The translations under genes and the position numbers were made by a program. The notes below the pieces were generated by a model. It saw only the letters and a list, made by a program, of their open reading frames with translations, was not told the DNA's origin and ran no database searches. This document shows, piece by piece, positions 1 through 10,930 of a DNA stretch of 64,000 bases (position 1 is its first letter; the number at the start of each line of letters is the position of its first letter). The DNA is from Acidobacteriota bacterium (GTDB lineage Bacteria; Acidobacteriota; CAIWXX01), in assembly GCA_040755995.1 (NCBI GenBank), contig JBFMAF010000034.1, forward strand, positions 1 through 64,000, given 5' to 3'.

Positions 1-95
1 CGTCAGCTCCCATCGAATAACAGGTAGATCGCGATCCCGCCAGGGATGCCACCAGATCTGAATTCGAACGGTCTTCCGCGCGATCAGACTTTTGT

Positions 96-215
96 ATGCA
101 GTCTGCGGAACGCTTGCCCGAGAAGACCCCGTTCTTTGCGGTGCTCCAGCATCACTTCGGCAAGTTCAAGGCCTGCTACGAGCAGCGCTTCGAGAAGTAC
201 TACGGCCACATTCGC
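96..215 (+). mobile_element. Remnant of an IS91-family transposase N-terminus
   Basis: RLPEKTPFFAVLQHHFGKFKACYEQRFEKYYGHIR resembles the N-terminal segment preceding the Zn-binding domain of IS91-type transposases. The similarity stops before the Cys motifs. Confidence 0.5.
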
Positions 216-331
216 ACGCGTTTCCACGTCGGTGACGTTCGTCGGCTTGCCACTTCCCCCAACTTCCGCCAGCCTCCAGCCTTGATCATTCCATCTGTGA
301 AGCCTGTGGAACCGATCAGCGACGCTACCCG

Positions 332-368
332 TGTTCGGATACGGACATCCCATATGCATCGACGGACA
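332..368 (+). promoter_or_regulatory. Tandem enhancer-like (UAS) sites
   Basis: TGTTCGGATACGGACA (332-347, near-palindrome) and TATGCATCGACGGACA (353-368), 21 nt apart, upstream of a sigma54 promoter. Confidence 0.5.
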
Positions 369-418
369 GCTACGTGGGATCAATCCCATAGAAGCACGGG
401 GTTCCCCTCCGGCTCGAC

Positions 419-434
419 TGGCACAAAAGTTGCT
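419..434 (+). promoter_or_regulatory. sigma54 -24/-12 promoter of the ABC permease
   Basis: TGGCACAAAAGTTGCT matches TGGCAC-N5-TTGCW, about 60 nt upstream of ATG 494. Confidence 0.8.
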
Positions 435-493
435 AGTCTCCCTACGACGGCTGGCTAGTGAATGAGTTCGACTGACCTGAAAGGCTCCCAATC

Positions 494-2866
494 ATGATTC
501 TCCTGAACTATCTCAAAGTATCACTCCGGTGCCTTGTCAAACAGAAGGTGTTTTCGGTGATCAGCATATCCAGTCTCGCCGTGGGGATAGCGGTCTTCAT
601 CCTGTTCCTTCAGATATTCAGGGCGCCTTTTTCGATGGATACCTTCCATCGAAATGCAGAACGAATCTTCACCGTGGTGGTAGTGTTCCCCGGTGGCAGT
701 CAAGGGGACCGTCATCGTGCCCACACACCGGCGGCTCTGCCGGCAGCGCTCAGAAGCGAAATCCCCGAGATCGAGGATGCGACCCGCATCTTCGGACTCA
801 AGACATGCGTCGTGCGATATCGCGACCGGAGCTTCATGGAAGGGGGCGGACTGGCCGTCGATCCGAACGTTCTCTCCGTCTTCTCCTTCCCCGTCCTCTC
901 AGGCGATCCGAAGACGATGCTGGCCAGCCCGAATTCGATCGTGCTGACCAGGTCTCTGGCCGCGAAGGTCTTCGGCGACGAGCCGGCCGCAGGGAAGATC
1001 CTCACTCTGGAGAAACAGATCGATCTGGTCGTGTCGGGAGTTCTGGAGGATTCGCCTCCGCAATCCTCCATCTCGTACAGTTACCTGGTTCCTCTTGAAG
1101 TCGCAGACAGCCTTCACTACCTGAAGAACGACTGGAACAGCTTCGAAGTCAGCACGTTTGTCCTGCTGCAGGCGGGCTGTCTCCCTTCGTCGCTCGGAAG
1201 CAAACTGTCCGCCTTCACGACGAACCACTTCTCCCAGGCAGCGTCCTCGCCGTCAGGGATCTATCTCTATCCGTTGCGTGACATGTTCTTTCGCCCGGAG
1301 AATCTGGAGGCGATTAATGATCGCGACAGCAGAGCCGGGTACTACATCAGCCTCGCGATAGGGCTTCTGTTCCTGGTGGTTGTCTCCGTCAACTACATGA
1401 ATCTTGTCACGGCAAAGTACTCGGATCGGCTGAAGGAGGTCGGCGTGCGGAAATCGATCGGGGCCAGCCGGAGCGATCTCGTATGGTAATTCCTGGGAGA
1501 ATCCGTTTTCTATACCGTGCTCGCCCTCCCTCTGGCCCTGGTTCTCTACGATGCCTACTGCCCCTACATCCGTCGGATCATCGGTGACGATGTCGAGCTG
1601 TCCGTCTGGGGTTCGCCTTCCACGATGGTTCTCCTCGTGGGGATCACCATCCTTGTGGGGATATTCTCCGGAAGCTACCCGGCCCTCTTTCTGTCTCGGT
1701 TCAATCCCGTCCAGATCCTGAAAGGAAAGACCGGAACCGGCTCGAGGGGCAGGCTACGGAAGTTCCTCGTCGTCTTTCAATTCAGCATGTCGATCGTCTT
1801 CATCGCCTTCGCCCTGACGGTCAAGAAGCAGTCGGACTACGCATTCGACGTGAACCCGGGCTACGACGGGAAGGACATCCTCGCCGTCTACCTGCCGGCA
1901 GACACAAGACAGAGTCAGCGGCTTCTTTCGGAGGAAATGAGCAAGAACTCGACTGTGTTGTCCGTGTCCGCGTCGATGAATATCCCCGGAGGCTGGAGGG
2001 GCGCGCCATGCGAGGTCGTGCGCGAGGGATCTGACGAGAGCTCAGCTCTGAAGATGGACGCCTACGGAGTGCAGCATGATTTTACAAAGCTGATGGGGAT
2101 GCGGATTCTCTCCGGCAGGGATTTCGCAGGCGACGAGCGCGATGAGAGCAGTTTCATTATCAATCGGATGGCCGCAGAACGGCTCGGATGGGAAACCCCG
2201 ATTGGAAGAACCATCACCATGGGGACGCGAAGCGGGTCCGTGATCGGGGTCGTAGACGATTTCCTGCTGAATTCCTTGAGTTCTCCGCGTTCCCCTGGGA
2301 TCTTGTATATCGAGAAGGAGAAGTTGAGCTATCTCCTCGTGAAGGCGTCGCGCCACGACATGATCCCCTCTATCGAATCCTCCCTGACGGCGATCTGGAA
2401 GAAGCGGAATCCGGATGTGCCTTTCAACGCGGCAACGCTGGATGAATATCTGATCGAAAGCGAGGAGGGCCGGCAGAAGGCCTCGGTGGTCCTCGGCGCG
2501 ATCGGCGTGGCCGCGATCTTCTTCTCGTCTCTGGGGCTGTTCGGGCTCGTGTCGTACTCGGTGAGACAGCGGACCAAGGAGATCGGGGTGAGGAAAGTCC
2601 TGGGGGCATCCATGGGTGAGATCGTTGTTCTCCTGGGAAGGAACTTCATGTTCTTGGTGGTCGTCTCCAATCTCATCGGTCTGCCCATCGCCTACGCTGT
2701 CTCGCAGCTCTTCCTCACCCGAGTCTTCGCCGTCCACCCTTCACTTGGCGCAGGTATGTTCATCCTCGTCTCTTCGGTCACATTCCTGGCCGCCGCCACT
2801 GCCATCGCATTCCAGCTGCTGAAGGGGGCGAGATCGGACCCCGTGGAATCGCTGAGATACGAATAG
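494..2866 (+). pseudogene. MacB/FtsX-type duplicated ABC permease interrupted by an in-frame TAA
   Basis: ORFs 494-1489 and 1517-2866 share one frame. The junction reads SDLVW*FLGES where QFLxES is expected (CAA>TAA at 1487-1489). Both halves carry EVGVRKSIGA/EIGVRKVLGA motifs; C-terminus DPVESLRYE. Confidence 0.85.
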
Positions 2867-3952
2867 CGTGCCTATGCGGCCCGGGGACACGATTGGGAGA
2901 CAGGAACAGCCTGGAGGCGGCGGTGCTACTGATGTAGTAACCGCAGGAGTACTACGAAGGTAGTGCCCAGGTAGGGGCCCGGTCCGCTCGGGGAAACGGC
3001 TTGGCCGGGACGGTGGATCCGTGGCCGTCGGCTTCCAATCCGGTTGAATGGCGTGCAGAGTCGTCGTGGTGACTCTTCGCTGGTGGAAGCCGCCTGCGTC
3101 CATGATATACAGCTCATGGTGGCCGTCGCGCTTGGAAACGAACGCCAGCATTGTCCCGTCCGGCGACCAATCCGGAGTGCTGTCCGCGGCGGCGTTGCGG
3201 GTGAGCTGAGTGATAGCGGTTCCATCGGAATTCATCACATAGACTTCATCGTCCCCGTCCTTATTGGACTGGAACGCGATTTTGGTTTCGTCCGGCGACC
3301 ATTTCGGCCAATAGATCTCCGATCCCATGCGCGTCAGCTGCCTGGGATTCGAGCCGTCGGCGTTCATCTCGAATACCTCGTTCGCCGATCCCACCCAGGA
3401 GGTGAACAGGATCTTCTTTCCGTCCTTCGACCAGTAGGGGCCGTTGCCAGCAACGTTCCCCAGGCGATGCATGTCGCCGCCATCCACGTTCATGATCCAT
3501 ATTTCCTCCCGAAACTCCCGCCGCGGATAAGTCCTACAAAAGAGGATTCTCGTTCCATCCGGCGACCATCTCGGGCATGCATCCCATACTTCCGGGAGAT
3601 GGGTGAGTCGCCGGACATCGCTTCCGTCCGCGTTCATCATGAACAATGACCATGTCTGGTCGTTGAAATGGTTGTAGAAGACAATCCGCGAGCCATTCGG
3701 AGACCAATCGGGACCGCACGCTCTCCCGCTCACCTGGCTGAGTTGCCTTTCTCCGCTCCCGTCCGCGTTGACAACATGAATCTGATTCGTGACGGCCTGC
3801 GACGTGACTGAGTAGGCGAGGATTCCGCCACCGCGGCCGTCCAAGGGGATGTTTCGATCGCTGGGGCAGCCCGCCCACCCGTTCGCCGTGCCGATCCATA
3901 AGGCAGGAGTGCAGACTAGCATGTAAATCAGCTTTGCTTTGAACGAATTCAT
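2741..3952 (-). CDS. Secreted TolB-like (PD40-repeat) beta-propeller protein; C-terminal ~75 aa probably frameshift run-on
   Basis: Signal peptide and repeated P.WSPDG..I.F and MNADGS..RRLT motifs. Confidence 0.85.
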   Translation of the reverse strand: MNSFKAKLIYMLVCTPALWIGTANGWAGCPSDRNIPLDGRGGGILAYSVTSQAVTNQIHVVNADGSGERQLSQVSGRACGPDWSPNGSRIVFYNHFNDQTWSLFMMNADGSDVRRLTHLPEVWDACPRWSPDGTRILFCRTYPRREFREEIWIMNVDGGDMHRLGNVAGNGPYWSKDGKKILFTSWVGSANEVFEMNADGSNPRQLTRMGSEIYWPKWSPDETKIAFQSNKDGDDEVYVMNSDGTAITQLTRNAAADSTPDWSPDGTMLAFVSKRDGHHELYIMDAGGFHQRRVTTTTLHAIQPDWKPTATDPPSRPSRFPERTGPLPGHYLRSTPAVTTSVAPPPPGCSCLPIVSPGRIGTLFVSQRFHGVRSRPLQQLECDGSGGGQECDRRDEDEHTCAK

Positions 3953-4089
3953 TTCTTTTTCTCCAGGAGATCCTATCTGCGGGCACTCATGAAACGAATG
4001 GTGCCGTCATTTTGACGGTTGGAGGCGCATCGTGACCATCCGATTAACGCCATCAATGCTCTCCGAGCGCATGGCAACTCGGCGTGGGT

Positions 4090-4276
4090 CAGGTCGCGGC
4101 GGCCGCCCGGGTCGGTGGCGTTGACCAGGAGCGGATCTTTCTCGAGGAGCTGCCCTGGCCCCCTCGAGATCCTTGTTCCTGATGCGTTGGAAGATGTCCA
4201 GATCCTCACCCGACGCGACCGAGAAGAACACGAGGATCAGGAGGACGGGCATCGTGATCGTCTGTCTCTCTATCAT
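4090..4276 (-). pseudogene. Frameshifted, truncated secreted ankyrin-repeat protein
   Basis: Signal peptide, then DIFQRIRNKDLEGAR, a 1-nt shift, then QLLEKDPLLVNATDPGGR; similarity is lost after that. Confidence 0.55.
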
Positions 4277-4387
4277 CGAAGCGCCTCCGAAGGGGAAAGT
4301 CGCCATGTCCTCAACCTACTACGAGACACACCGGGTTGGTGTTTCCGTAAGTACCAACATATCTGAGGCGAATTGAGGTTGCCCTCT

Positions 4388-5016
4388 TCACGTGCCTCGC
4401 ACAGACCCGCGACCAGGCGATCGGCTCGCCCGAGTCTGCTGGCCCGCGACGGCCTCGAAGAGATCGGCCAGAAACGTCGGCTCCGCTGCAAGACCGATCC
4501 GTTCGTCATCCGAGTCATCGTGCCAGGAGGATCGGTTTCCGGGAGAGCCCTGGTGGCCGTCGAGGCCGACGAATCCCAGGAGCCGGTTCAGGATCGGTTG
4601 CGGCTGGAAGTCGAGGGCGCGAAACCGGGCCGCCCGGCGCATGCGGGACGACTGCTGCGGATCGCCGAGATATGCGGCCAGGCGCCGGACGAAATCTTCT
4701 TCGTCTCGCATGAGAAAGCCGCTGACCCCGTCTTCGATGAGGTCTCTCGGCCCCTTCGTGTCATAGGCCGCGACTGGCAACCCGCATTGCATCGCCTCGA
4801 GCACGGCGCAACCGAAGGTATCGAACCGGGATGGGAACACCATGACATCGGCCTGTGAGTAGATCTCGGGCAGCCGGGCGCTCTCGACCCACCCGAGGAA
4901 GACGGCGTCCGGGACGCCGCCGCGGCCACCACAGTCCCCACCTGCACGTCAATGTCGAGCTCCCGCGCCTTCCGCTGCAGGTAGAGTATTGCCCTGGGGA
5001 CCCCGCGGATGGTCAT
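4388..5016 (-). pseudogene. Glycosyltransferase family 4 fragment
   Basis: VPDAVFLGWV..LPEIYSQADVMVFPSRFDTFGCAVLEAMQCGLPVAAY is a GT4 C-terminal motif; most of the N-terminal domain is missing. Confidence 0.7.
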
Positions 5017-5049
5017 TCTGACCAGGCTCGATCGAGGTCCGTCGCCGAG

Positions 5050-5592
5050 CTACTTCGTACCGGTCTTGCCGGCTTTCTTCTTGAGAACCTCGCCGGCGTA
5101 GCGGATGCCCTTGTTCTTGTAGGGATCGGGCGGGCGCAGCCGGCGGATGTTTGCGGCGATCTGCCCGACTAGCTGCTTGTCTGCTCCGGTGATCGCTATC
5201 TTGCCGCCCTTCTCGTCGAGTGTAGCCGAGATTCCTTCGGGCAACGGAAACTCGATCGGATGGCTGTAGCCCAGGCTGAAGACTATCGCATTGCCCTTCT
5301 TCGAGATCTTGTAGCCGACGCCGACTACCTCGAGGTTCTTCGTGAAACCCTCGGTCACACCCTTCACCGCGTTTGCCGCCAGGCTACGCGCCAGCCCGTG
5401 CATCGCAGAGAGCGACCCGTCATCCACACTGGGCACGGCCTTGAGCCCTCCGTCATCCCTCACGATCTTGACGCCGGGAGGCACAATGCAGGTCACCGCG
5501 CCCTTCGGCCCCTTCACATCGAGCGAGCTCTCCCCTATCTCAACCTTGACGCCCTGCGGCAAGGGAATCGGCTTCCGTCCTATCCTGCTCAT
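5050..5592 (-). CDS. rplF: 50S ribosomal protein L6
   Basis: MSRIGRKPI...RPPDPYKNKGIRY. Confidence 0.98.
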   Translation of the reverse strand: MSRIGRKPIPLPQGVKVEIGESSLDVKGPKGAVTCIVPPGVKIVRDDGGLKAVPSVDDGSLSAMHGLARSLAANAVKGVTEGFTKNLEVVGVGYKISKKGNAIVFSLGYSHPIEFPLPEGISATLDEKGGKIAITGADKQLVGQIAANIRRLRPPDPYKNKGIRYAGEVLKKKAGKTGTK

Positions 5593-5643
5593 CGCTCTAC
5601 TCTCCTCGTCAGTCTCCGCTGATCGGCCGGTGGCGCCAACGGA

Positions 5644-6042
5644 CTACCAGACGGCGCAAAGCACTTCGCCGCCCAGCCCCTGCTCCTTCGCCGTCTCCCC
5701 CGTCATCACGCCCTTCGACGTCGACAGGATCGCCACACCGAGCCCGCTCATGACCTTCGGCAGCGCGTCCTTGCTCCGATACTCGCGCCGCCCCGGCTTC
5801 GAAACCCGCCGCAACCCCTGGATCACCGGTTCGTGGCCGCCTGTGTACTTGAGCGTGATCCGGATCGTACCCTGCGGGCCGGTCTCGTTCACCACGAAAT
5901 TCTCGACGTAGCCCTCTTCCTTGAGTATCCGCGCGATGTGGAGCTTCAGCTTCGACCGGGGCACGTCCACGTACCGCGCATGCGCGCCCAACCCGTTCCG
6001 TATCCTCGTGAGCATGTCGGCAATCGGATCAGTGATCTTCAC
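5644..6042 (-). CDS. rpsH: 30S ribosomal protein S8
   Basis: [13 protein letters not shown]...STSKGVMT...GGEVLC. Confidence 0.98.
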   Translation of the reverse strand: MKITDPIADMLTRIRNGLGAHARYVDVPRSKLKLHIARILKEEGYVENFVVNETGPQGTIRITLKYTGGHEPVIQGLRRVSKPGRREYRSKDALPKVMSGLGVAILSTSKGVMTGETAKEQGLGGEVLCAVW

Positions 6043-6085
6043 AACAAACTTCTCCTCGTTCCCCGTCCGCAGTTCTCGATCCCGC

Positions 6086-6271
6086 CTACCAGGACGCCTT
6101 GGTGACTCCCGGAATCTCCCCTCGCAGCGCGAGCGACCGGAAGCAGATGCGACACATCTCGAACTTGCGCAGGTAGCCCCGGGGCCGGCCGCAGATGCGG
6201 CAGCGGTGGTACTTGCGAACCCGGAACTTCGGCGCCTTCCTGGCTTTGGCGATCATTGCGAGCGTGGCCAC
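6086..6271 (-). CDS. rpsN: 30S ribosomal protein S14 (zinc-binding type, 61 aa)
   Basis: GTG start after an [17 protein letters not shown]...CRICFR...IPGVTKASW. Confidence 0.97.
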   Translation of the reverse strand: MATLAMIAKARKAPKFRVRKYHRCRICGRPRGYLRKFEMCRICFRSLALRGEIPGVTKASW

Positions 6272-6282
6272 TATGGAATCTC

Positions 6283-6828
6283 CTATTTCTTGAACGGCAT
6301 GCCCATCGCCCGCAGCAGGGCGAGGGCGTGCGCATCGTTTCCCGCGGTCGTGCAGATCGTGATGTTCATACCCCGCGTCTTCTCCACCTTGGCGTAGTCG
6401 ACTTCGGGGAAGATGAGCTGGTCCTTCAACCCCATCGTGTAGTTGCCCCGGCCGTCGAAGCTCGTGGTCGGAACCCCCTTGAAGTCGCGCACGCGCGGCA
6501 GCGCGATGCTCACGAGCCTGTCGTAGAACTCGTACATCATGCTTCCGCGCAGGGTCACGGCGCAGCCGATCGGCATACCGGTGCGCAGCTTGAAAGCCGC
6601 GACCGATTTCCGCGCCCGGCGGATGGACGGCTTCTGCCCCGTGATCCGCTTGATCTCGTCCTCCGCGCTGTCCATCACCTTGATGTTCTGGGTCGCCTCG
6701 CCAACACCCATGTTCACGACGATCTTCTCGAATCGCGGCGCGGCGAGCGCATTCGCTATTCCGAGCTCCTTCATCAGCGCGGGACGGACTTCGTTCAGGT
6801 ACCTCTCCTTGAACCTCGGTACGGCCAT
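6283..6828 (-). CDS. rplE: 50S ribosomal protein L5
   Basis: KIVVNMGVG...LPRVRDFKG...FDGRGNY; start at MAVPRFKE. Confidence 0.98.
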   Translation of the reverse strand: MAVPRFKERYLNEVRPALMKELGIANALAAPRFEKIVVNMGVGEATQNIKVMDSAEDEIKRITGQKPSIRRARKSVAAFKLRTGMPIGCAVTLRGSMMYEFYDRLVSIALPRVRDFKGVPTTSFDGRGNYTMGLKDQLIFPEVDYAKVEKTRGMNITICTTAGNDAHALALLRAMGMPFKK

Positions 6829-6830
6829 AC

Positions 6831-7160
6831 TCACTTCTCCAACGAGGCGCGGCAGCGCCGGCAGACCCGGACACGCGAGCCGTCGTCCAACACCTTGTGG
6901 CCGATGCGCGTCGGCTTCTGGCACTCGGGGCAGAGCAGCAGAACGTTGCTCACGTGAATCGACGCTTCCTTCTCCAGAATGCCGCCCTTGATGTTCCGGG
7001 AGGGGTTCGGCCGCTGTGCGCGTTTCACCATGTTGATCCGCTCGACCACCACCCGGTCCCGCTTGCCGAGCAGCCTCAGGACCCTACCCGTCTTTCCCTG
7101 GTCCTTTCCAGTCAGGACCTGTACGATGTCGTTCTTCTTGATGTCGTATGTTGAACCCAC
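6831..7160 (-). CDS. rplX: 50S ribosomal protein L24
   Basis: [19 protein letters not shown]...[12 protein letters not shown] start inferred from a GAGGAG RBS. Confidence 0.96.
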   Translation of the reverse strand: MGSTYDIKKNDIVQVLTGKDQGKTGRVLRLLGKRDRVVVERINMVKRAQRPNPSRNIKGGILEKEASIHVSNVLLLCPECQKPTRIGHKVLDDGSRVRVCRRCRASLEK

Positions 7161-7178
7161 GTCGAGCAACTCCTCAGG

Positions 7179-7547
7179 CTACAGTACTTCGGGGGCGAGC
7201 GAGATGATCTTCATGAATCTGCGCTCGCGCAGCTCGCGTGCCACAGGGCCGAAGACGCGGTTTCCTATCGGCTCGCGGCTCTCGTTTATCAGCACGGCGG
7301 CGTTTTGGTCGAAGCGGATGTAGGAGCCGTCGCGCCTGCGGACCTCTTTGCGAGTGCGGACGATGACGGCCTTCACGACCGATCCCTTCTTGACCTCGCT
7401 ATCCGGCGCGGCCTCGCGCACGTTGGCCGTGACGACGTCTCCGAGACTGGCCTTGCGGCCGACGCTCCCGCCGATCGGCAGGATACAGCTGATTCTCTTG
7501 GCGCCGCTGTTGTCGGCGACCTCCAGTATCGTCCTCATCTGAATCAT
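7179..7547 (-). CDS. rplN: 50S ribosomal protein L14
   Basis: [16 protein letters not shown]...[10 protein letters not shown]. Confidence 0.98.
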   Translation of the reverse strand: MIQMRTILEVADNSGAKRISCILPIGGSVGRKASLGDVVTANVREAAPDSEVKKGSVVKAVIVRTRKEVRRRDGSYIRFDQNAAVLINESREPIGNRVFGPVARELRERRFMKIISLAPEVL

Positions 7548-7573
7548 AGGTCTCTCCCATGGGAAGGCAGGCG

Positions 7574-7828
7574 CTACTTCGACTGCACCAGAACCTGCCT
7601 AACCCTCCAGCGCTTCAGCTTGCTGAGCGGCCGCGTCTCTTCGATCAAGACCACGTCGCCGGTCTTGGCGACTTCGGACTCGTCGTGCGCCATGAACTTC
7701 TTGGTCTTCTTGATGACCTTGCCGTAAAGCGGATGCCGCACGCGCCGCTCGACTGCCACTGTGACGGTCTTGTTCATCTTGTCAGAGACGACCGTTCCGA
7801 CCTTCGATGCTTTCATACCCATGCTCAC
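7574..7828 (-). CDS. rpsQ: 30S ribosomal protein S17
   Basis: [14 protein letters not shown]...[11 protein letters not shown]. Confidence 0.97.
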   Translation of the reverse strand: MSMGMKASKVGTVVSDKMNKTVTVAVERRVRHPLYGKVIKKTKKFMAHDESEVAKTGDVVLIEETRPLSKLKRWRVRQVLVQSK

Positions 7829-7834
7829 ACGCTC

Positions 7835-8041
7835 CTACTTCTGCCTGCTCTGTTCGGTCTGCACGGTCTTGAGCCGGGCGATCTCGCGGCGGAGGGTGCG
7901 CACCTTGACCGGGTTGCCTTCCTGGCCGATGGCTCGCTGGATTCGCAGCTTGAATATCTGGTTCTGCAGCTCATCGACCTTCTGAGCGAGCTCGGCCCCC
8001 TGCAGCTCCCTGACCTTCTTGATGGTCAATCCCGCCTTCAT
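7835..8041 (-). CDS. rpmC: 50S ribosomal protein L29
   Basis: Position in the S10 operon; [17 protein letters not shown]. Confidence 0.95.
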   Translation of the reverse strand: MKAGLTIKKVRELQGAELAQKVDELQNQIFKLRIQRAIGQEGNPVKVRTLRREIARLKTVQTEQSRQK

Positions 8042-8463
8042 GCGGAGACCTCCTTGCCGAACCGCGCCACGAACCGCGTGCGGAACGGCAGCTTGTGGCT
8101 CGCGAGGCGCATGGCCTGGCGCGCCGTCTCCTCGCTCACACCCTCCATCTCGAACAGCACCTTCCCCGGGCGGATCACGGCGACCCAGCCCTCGGGCGCG
8201 CCCTTGCCCTTCCCCATGCGAGTCTCGGCCGGCTTCTTGGTGATCGGCTTATCCGGGAATACCCTGATCCAGATCTTGCCGCCGCGCTTGACGAACCGCG
8301 TCATGGCGATTCTGCTGGCCTCGATCTGCCGGTCGGTCATCCAACCGCACTCCAGCACCTGCAGTCCATAGTCGCCGAAGGACACTGTGCTTCCCCGCCA
8401 CGCCTTTCCTCTCATCCGGCCGCGTTGCTGCTTGCGATACTTCACTTTCTTTGGCATCAGCAT
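8038..8463 (-). CDS. rplP: 50S ribosomal protein L16
   Basis: [15 protein letters not shown]...RMGKGKG. Confidence 0.98.
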   Translation of the reverse strand: MLMPKKVKYRKQQRGRMRGKAWRGSTVSFGDYGLQVLECGWMTDRQIEASRIAMTRFVKRGGKIWIRVFPDKPITKKPAETRMGKGKGAPEGWVAVIRPGKVLFEMEGVSEETARQAMRLASHKLPFRTRFVARFGKEVSA

Positions 8464-8500
8464 GGCTTTACTTCCCCGACTCTATAATCGATTCCGTTGA

Positions 8501-9160
8501 CTAGACTTCCCGCTCCGGCCGCTTGTACGGGCGCTTGGGGGCCTCAGTGCGATAGACCCACGCCTTCACGCCGATCTGCCCGTACGTGGTGAACGCCTCG
8601 GCGAAGCCGTAGTCGATGTCGGCCTTGAGCGTGTGCAGCGGCAGCCGGCCCTGCAGGTACCACTCGGCCCGCGCGATCTCGGCGCCGTTCAGCCGGCCCG
8701 AGCAGCGCACCTTGATCCCGCGCGCGCCGAACTTGTGTGCCGTCTCGACCGCCTTGCGCATGGCGCGCCTGAAGGCGACCCGCATCTTGAGCTGCAACGC
8801 GATGTTCTCCGAGATGAGCTGCGCGTTGAGCTCCGGCTTGTCCACCTCGTGGATGCCCACGACGAACTCGCGCCGGAAGTGCTTCTGCAGGTCGACGCGC
8901 AGCTTCTCGAGCTCCTGCCCCTTCTTCCCGATCACTATTCCAGGGCGCGCCGTATGGATGATCACGCGCACCTTGTTGTTCCCGCCGCGCTCGAGCTCGA
9001 CGTCCGCGACACCCGCGTGATGGAAACGCTCCTTGATCATCTTCCGCACCTTCAGGTCCTCGTGAAGGAGGTTCGCGTAGTCCTTCTTGGAGAACCAGCG
9101 AGAGCGCCAGGTCTTGTTGAAGCCGAGCCGGAATCCGTATGGATGTACCTTCTGGCCCAT
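8501..9160 (-). CDS. rpsC: 30S ribosomal protein S3
   Basis: [13 protein letters not shown]...[11 protein letters not shown]. Confidence 0.98.
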   Translation of the reverse strand: MGQKVHPYGFRLGFNKTWRSRWFSKKDYANLLHEDLKVRKMIKERFHHAGVADVELERGGNNKVRVIIHTARPGIVIGKKGQELEKLRVDLQKHFRREFVVGIHEVDKPELNAQLISENIALQLKMRVAFRRAMRKAVETAHKFGARGIKVRCSGRLNGAEIARAEWYLQGRLPLHTLKADIDYGFAEAFTTYGQIGVKAWVYRTEAPKRPYKRPEREV

Positions 9161-9501
9161 CAGAGCCCCCTCTCATCCAATTCGACCGTGATGTGGCTCA
9201 TGCGGTGCAGAACCCTGTACGCTCTGCCCATCGGTGCGGGGCGCACCCGCTTGAGCGACGGCCCCTGATCCACCACGACGCGCCGGACATACAGCGTGTC
9301 CACGTCGGTCGTGGGAAACTTCTGCTGTGCGTTGGCGATGGCCGACTTGACCACCTTCTCGACCACCCTGGACGCTCGCTTCTTGGTCGTCGCCAGGATC
9401 GCGAGCGCGTCGCCCACGTTCTTCCCGCGGATGAGGTCAACCACCAGCCGCGTCTTCTGCGGGGAAATTCGTATGAATCTCGCTTTTGCTCTGACGTCCA
9501 T
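9160..9501 (-). CDS. rplV: 50S ribosomal protein L22
   Basis: [16 protein letters not shown]...SHITV. Confidence 0.98.
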   Translation of the reverse strand: MDVRAKARFIRISPQKTRLVVDLIRGKNVGDALAILATTKKRASRVVEKVVKSAIANAQQKFPTTDVDTLYVRRVVVDQGPSLKRVRPAPMGRAYRVLHRMSHITVELDERGL

Positions 9502-9510
9502 GGCTTTCGG

Positions 9511-9807
9511 CTATGCCTTCGGCGGAGCCGCTGCCGCGGCCTTTTCCGCCTTCGACGAATGCCCCCTGAACTGGCGCGTCGGCGAGAACTCCCCGAGCCT
9601 GTGGCCCACCATGTTCTCGGTAACGAACACCGGGATGAACTTCTTCCCGTTGTGTACCGCCATGGTGTGTCCGACCATCTCCGGGATGACCGTCGACCGG
9701 CGCGACCAGGTCTTGATGACTTCGCGCTTGTTCGACTGATTCAGCTTCTCCACCTTTTTCAGAAGGTGGGTGTCCACGAAGGGACCCTTTTTCAGCGACC
9801 TACCCAT
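9511..9807 (-). CDS. rpsS: 30S ribosomal protein S19
   Basis: [10 protein letters not shown]...[11 protein letters not shown]. Confidence 0.98.
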   Translation of the reverse strand: MGRSLKKGPFVDTHLLKKVEKLNQSNKREVIKTWSRRSTVIPEMVGHTMAVHNGKKFIPVFVTENMVGHRLGEFSPTRQFRGHSSKAEKAAAAAPPKA

Positions 9808-9808
9808 G

Positions 9809-10630
9809 TCACTTTCTCCGCTTCACGATGAAGGCGCCCGTCCGCTTGACGCGACGCGTCTTGAACCCGCGTGTCGGCTGGCCCCACGGTGTGACGGGGT
9901 GGCGCCCGCCAGAGCTCTTGCCTTCGCCGCCGCCCAGCGGGTGATCCACCGGATTCATGGCGACACCGCGCACAGTCGGGCGGATGCCCATCCAGCGCGA
10001 CCGGCCCGCTTTGCCTATGGAGACGTTCTCCCAGTCCAGGTTGCCGACCTGGCCCACCGTGGCGACGCAGTCCATCAGAATCCTGCGGACTTCGCCGGAG
10101 GGCAGCCGCAGCTGCGCGTAGCGGCCTTCTTTGGCCAGGAGCTGCGCCGAGCTCCCGGCGCTCCTGCACATCTGCGCCCCCTTGCCCGGGCGCAATTCGA
10201 TATTGTGTACGACGGTGCCCAGGGGGATGTTGCGGATGGGGAGGCTGTTGCCGACGAGGATGTCGGCGCCCGTGCCCGCGACGATTGTCTGGCCCACCTG
10301 AAGGCCCTGGGGGTGCACGATGTAGCGCTTCTCGCCGTCGGCGTAGCAGACCAGAGCGATGTTAGCCGAACGATTCGGATCGTACTCGACTGTAAGGACC
10401 TTGGCCGGTATGTTCAGTTTCTCCCTGCGGAAATCGATCATCCGGTAGCGCCGTCTGTGCCCGCCCCCGCGGTGACGAACGGATATGAGGCCGAGGTTGT
10501 CGCGCCCGCCGGAGCGATTCAGCGCGGTGGTCAGCGGCTTGTGGGGCCTGGATGCCGTGAGCTCTTCAAACGTGAGACACGTTTTGCCGCGAACTCCCGG
10601 TGATGTTGGTTTGTAGGATTTGAGTGGCAT
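9809..10630 (-). CDS. rplB: 50S ribosomal protein L2
   Basis: EYDPNRSA...[17 protein letters not shown]. Confidence 0.98.
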   Translation of the reverse strand: MPLKSYKPTSPGVRGKTCLTFEELTASRPHKPLTTALNRSGGRDNLGLISVRHRGGGHRRRYRMIDFRREKLNIPAKVLTVEYDPNRSANIALVCYADGEKRYIVHPQGLQVGQTIVAGTGADILVGNSLPIRNIPLGTVVHNIELRPGKGAQMCRSAGSSAQLLAKEGRYAQLRLPSGEVRRILMDCVATVGQVGNLDWENVSIGKAGRSRWMGIRPTVRGVAMNPVDHPLGGGEGKSSGGRHPVTPWGQPTRGFKTRRVKRTGAFIVKRRK

Positions 10631-10639
10631 GTGCGATCT

Positions 10640-10930
10640 CTAGGTTTCGAAGAACTCGATCATTTTCTCGCCTTCTTTGATGTGCACGAAGGCCTTCTTC
10701 CAATCGGGGGTTCGCGTCAGGAACTTGCCGCGCCTGCGGCTCTTCCCGGCCATCACGGCCACCTGCACGGAGGCCACCTTGGTGTTGAACATCTGCTCGA
10801 CCGCCTTCTTGATCTGCACTTTGGTGGCATCAGGGTGGACCCTGAAGCAGACGGTCCGGCTCTTCTCCTTGATCAGCGTGTTCTTCTCGGTCAGCAACGG
10901 CCGGATGATGATGTCGTACTTGCCGGTCAT
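10640..10930 (-). CDS. rplW: 50S ribosomal protein L23
   Basis: IIRPLLTEK...WKKAFV. Confidence 0.97.
   Translation of the reverse strand: MTGKYDIIIRPLLTEKNTLIKEKSRTVCFRVHPDATKVQIKKAVEQMFNTKVASVQVAVMAGKSRRRGKFLTRTPDWKKAFVHIKEGEKMIEFFET

Noticed and set aside
1487..1489. Stop-codon recoding (Sec/Pyl or alternative genetic code)
   Set aside because: The codon is TAA at a conserved Gln position, TAA ends another gene in the window (50367-50369), and no other genes are interrupted this way.
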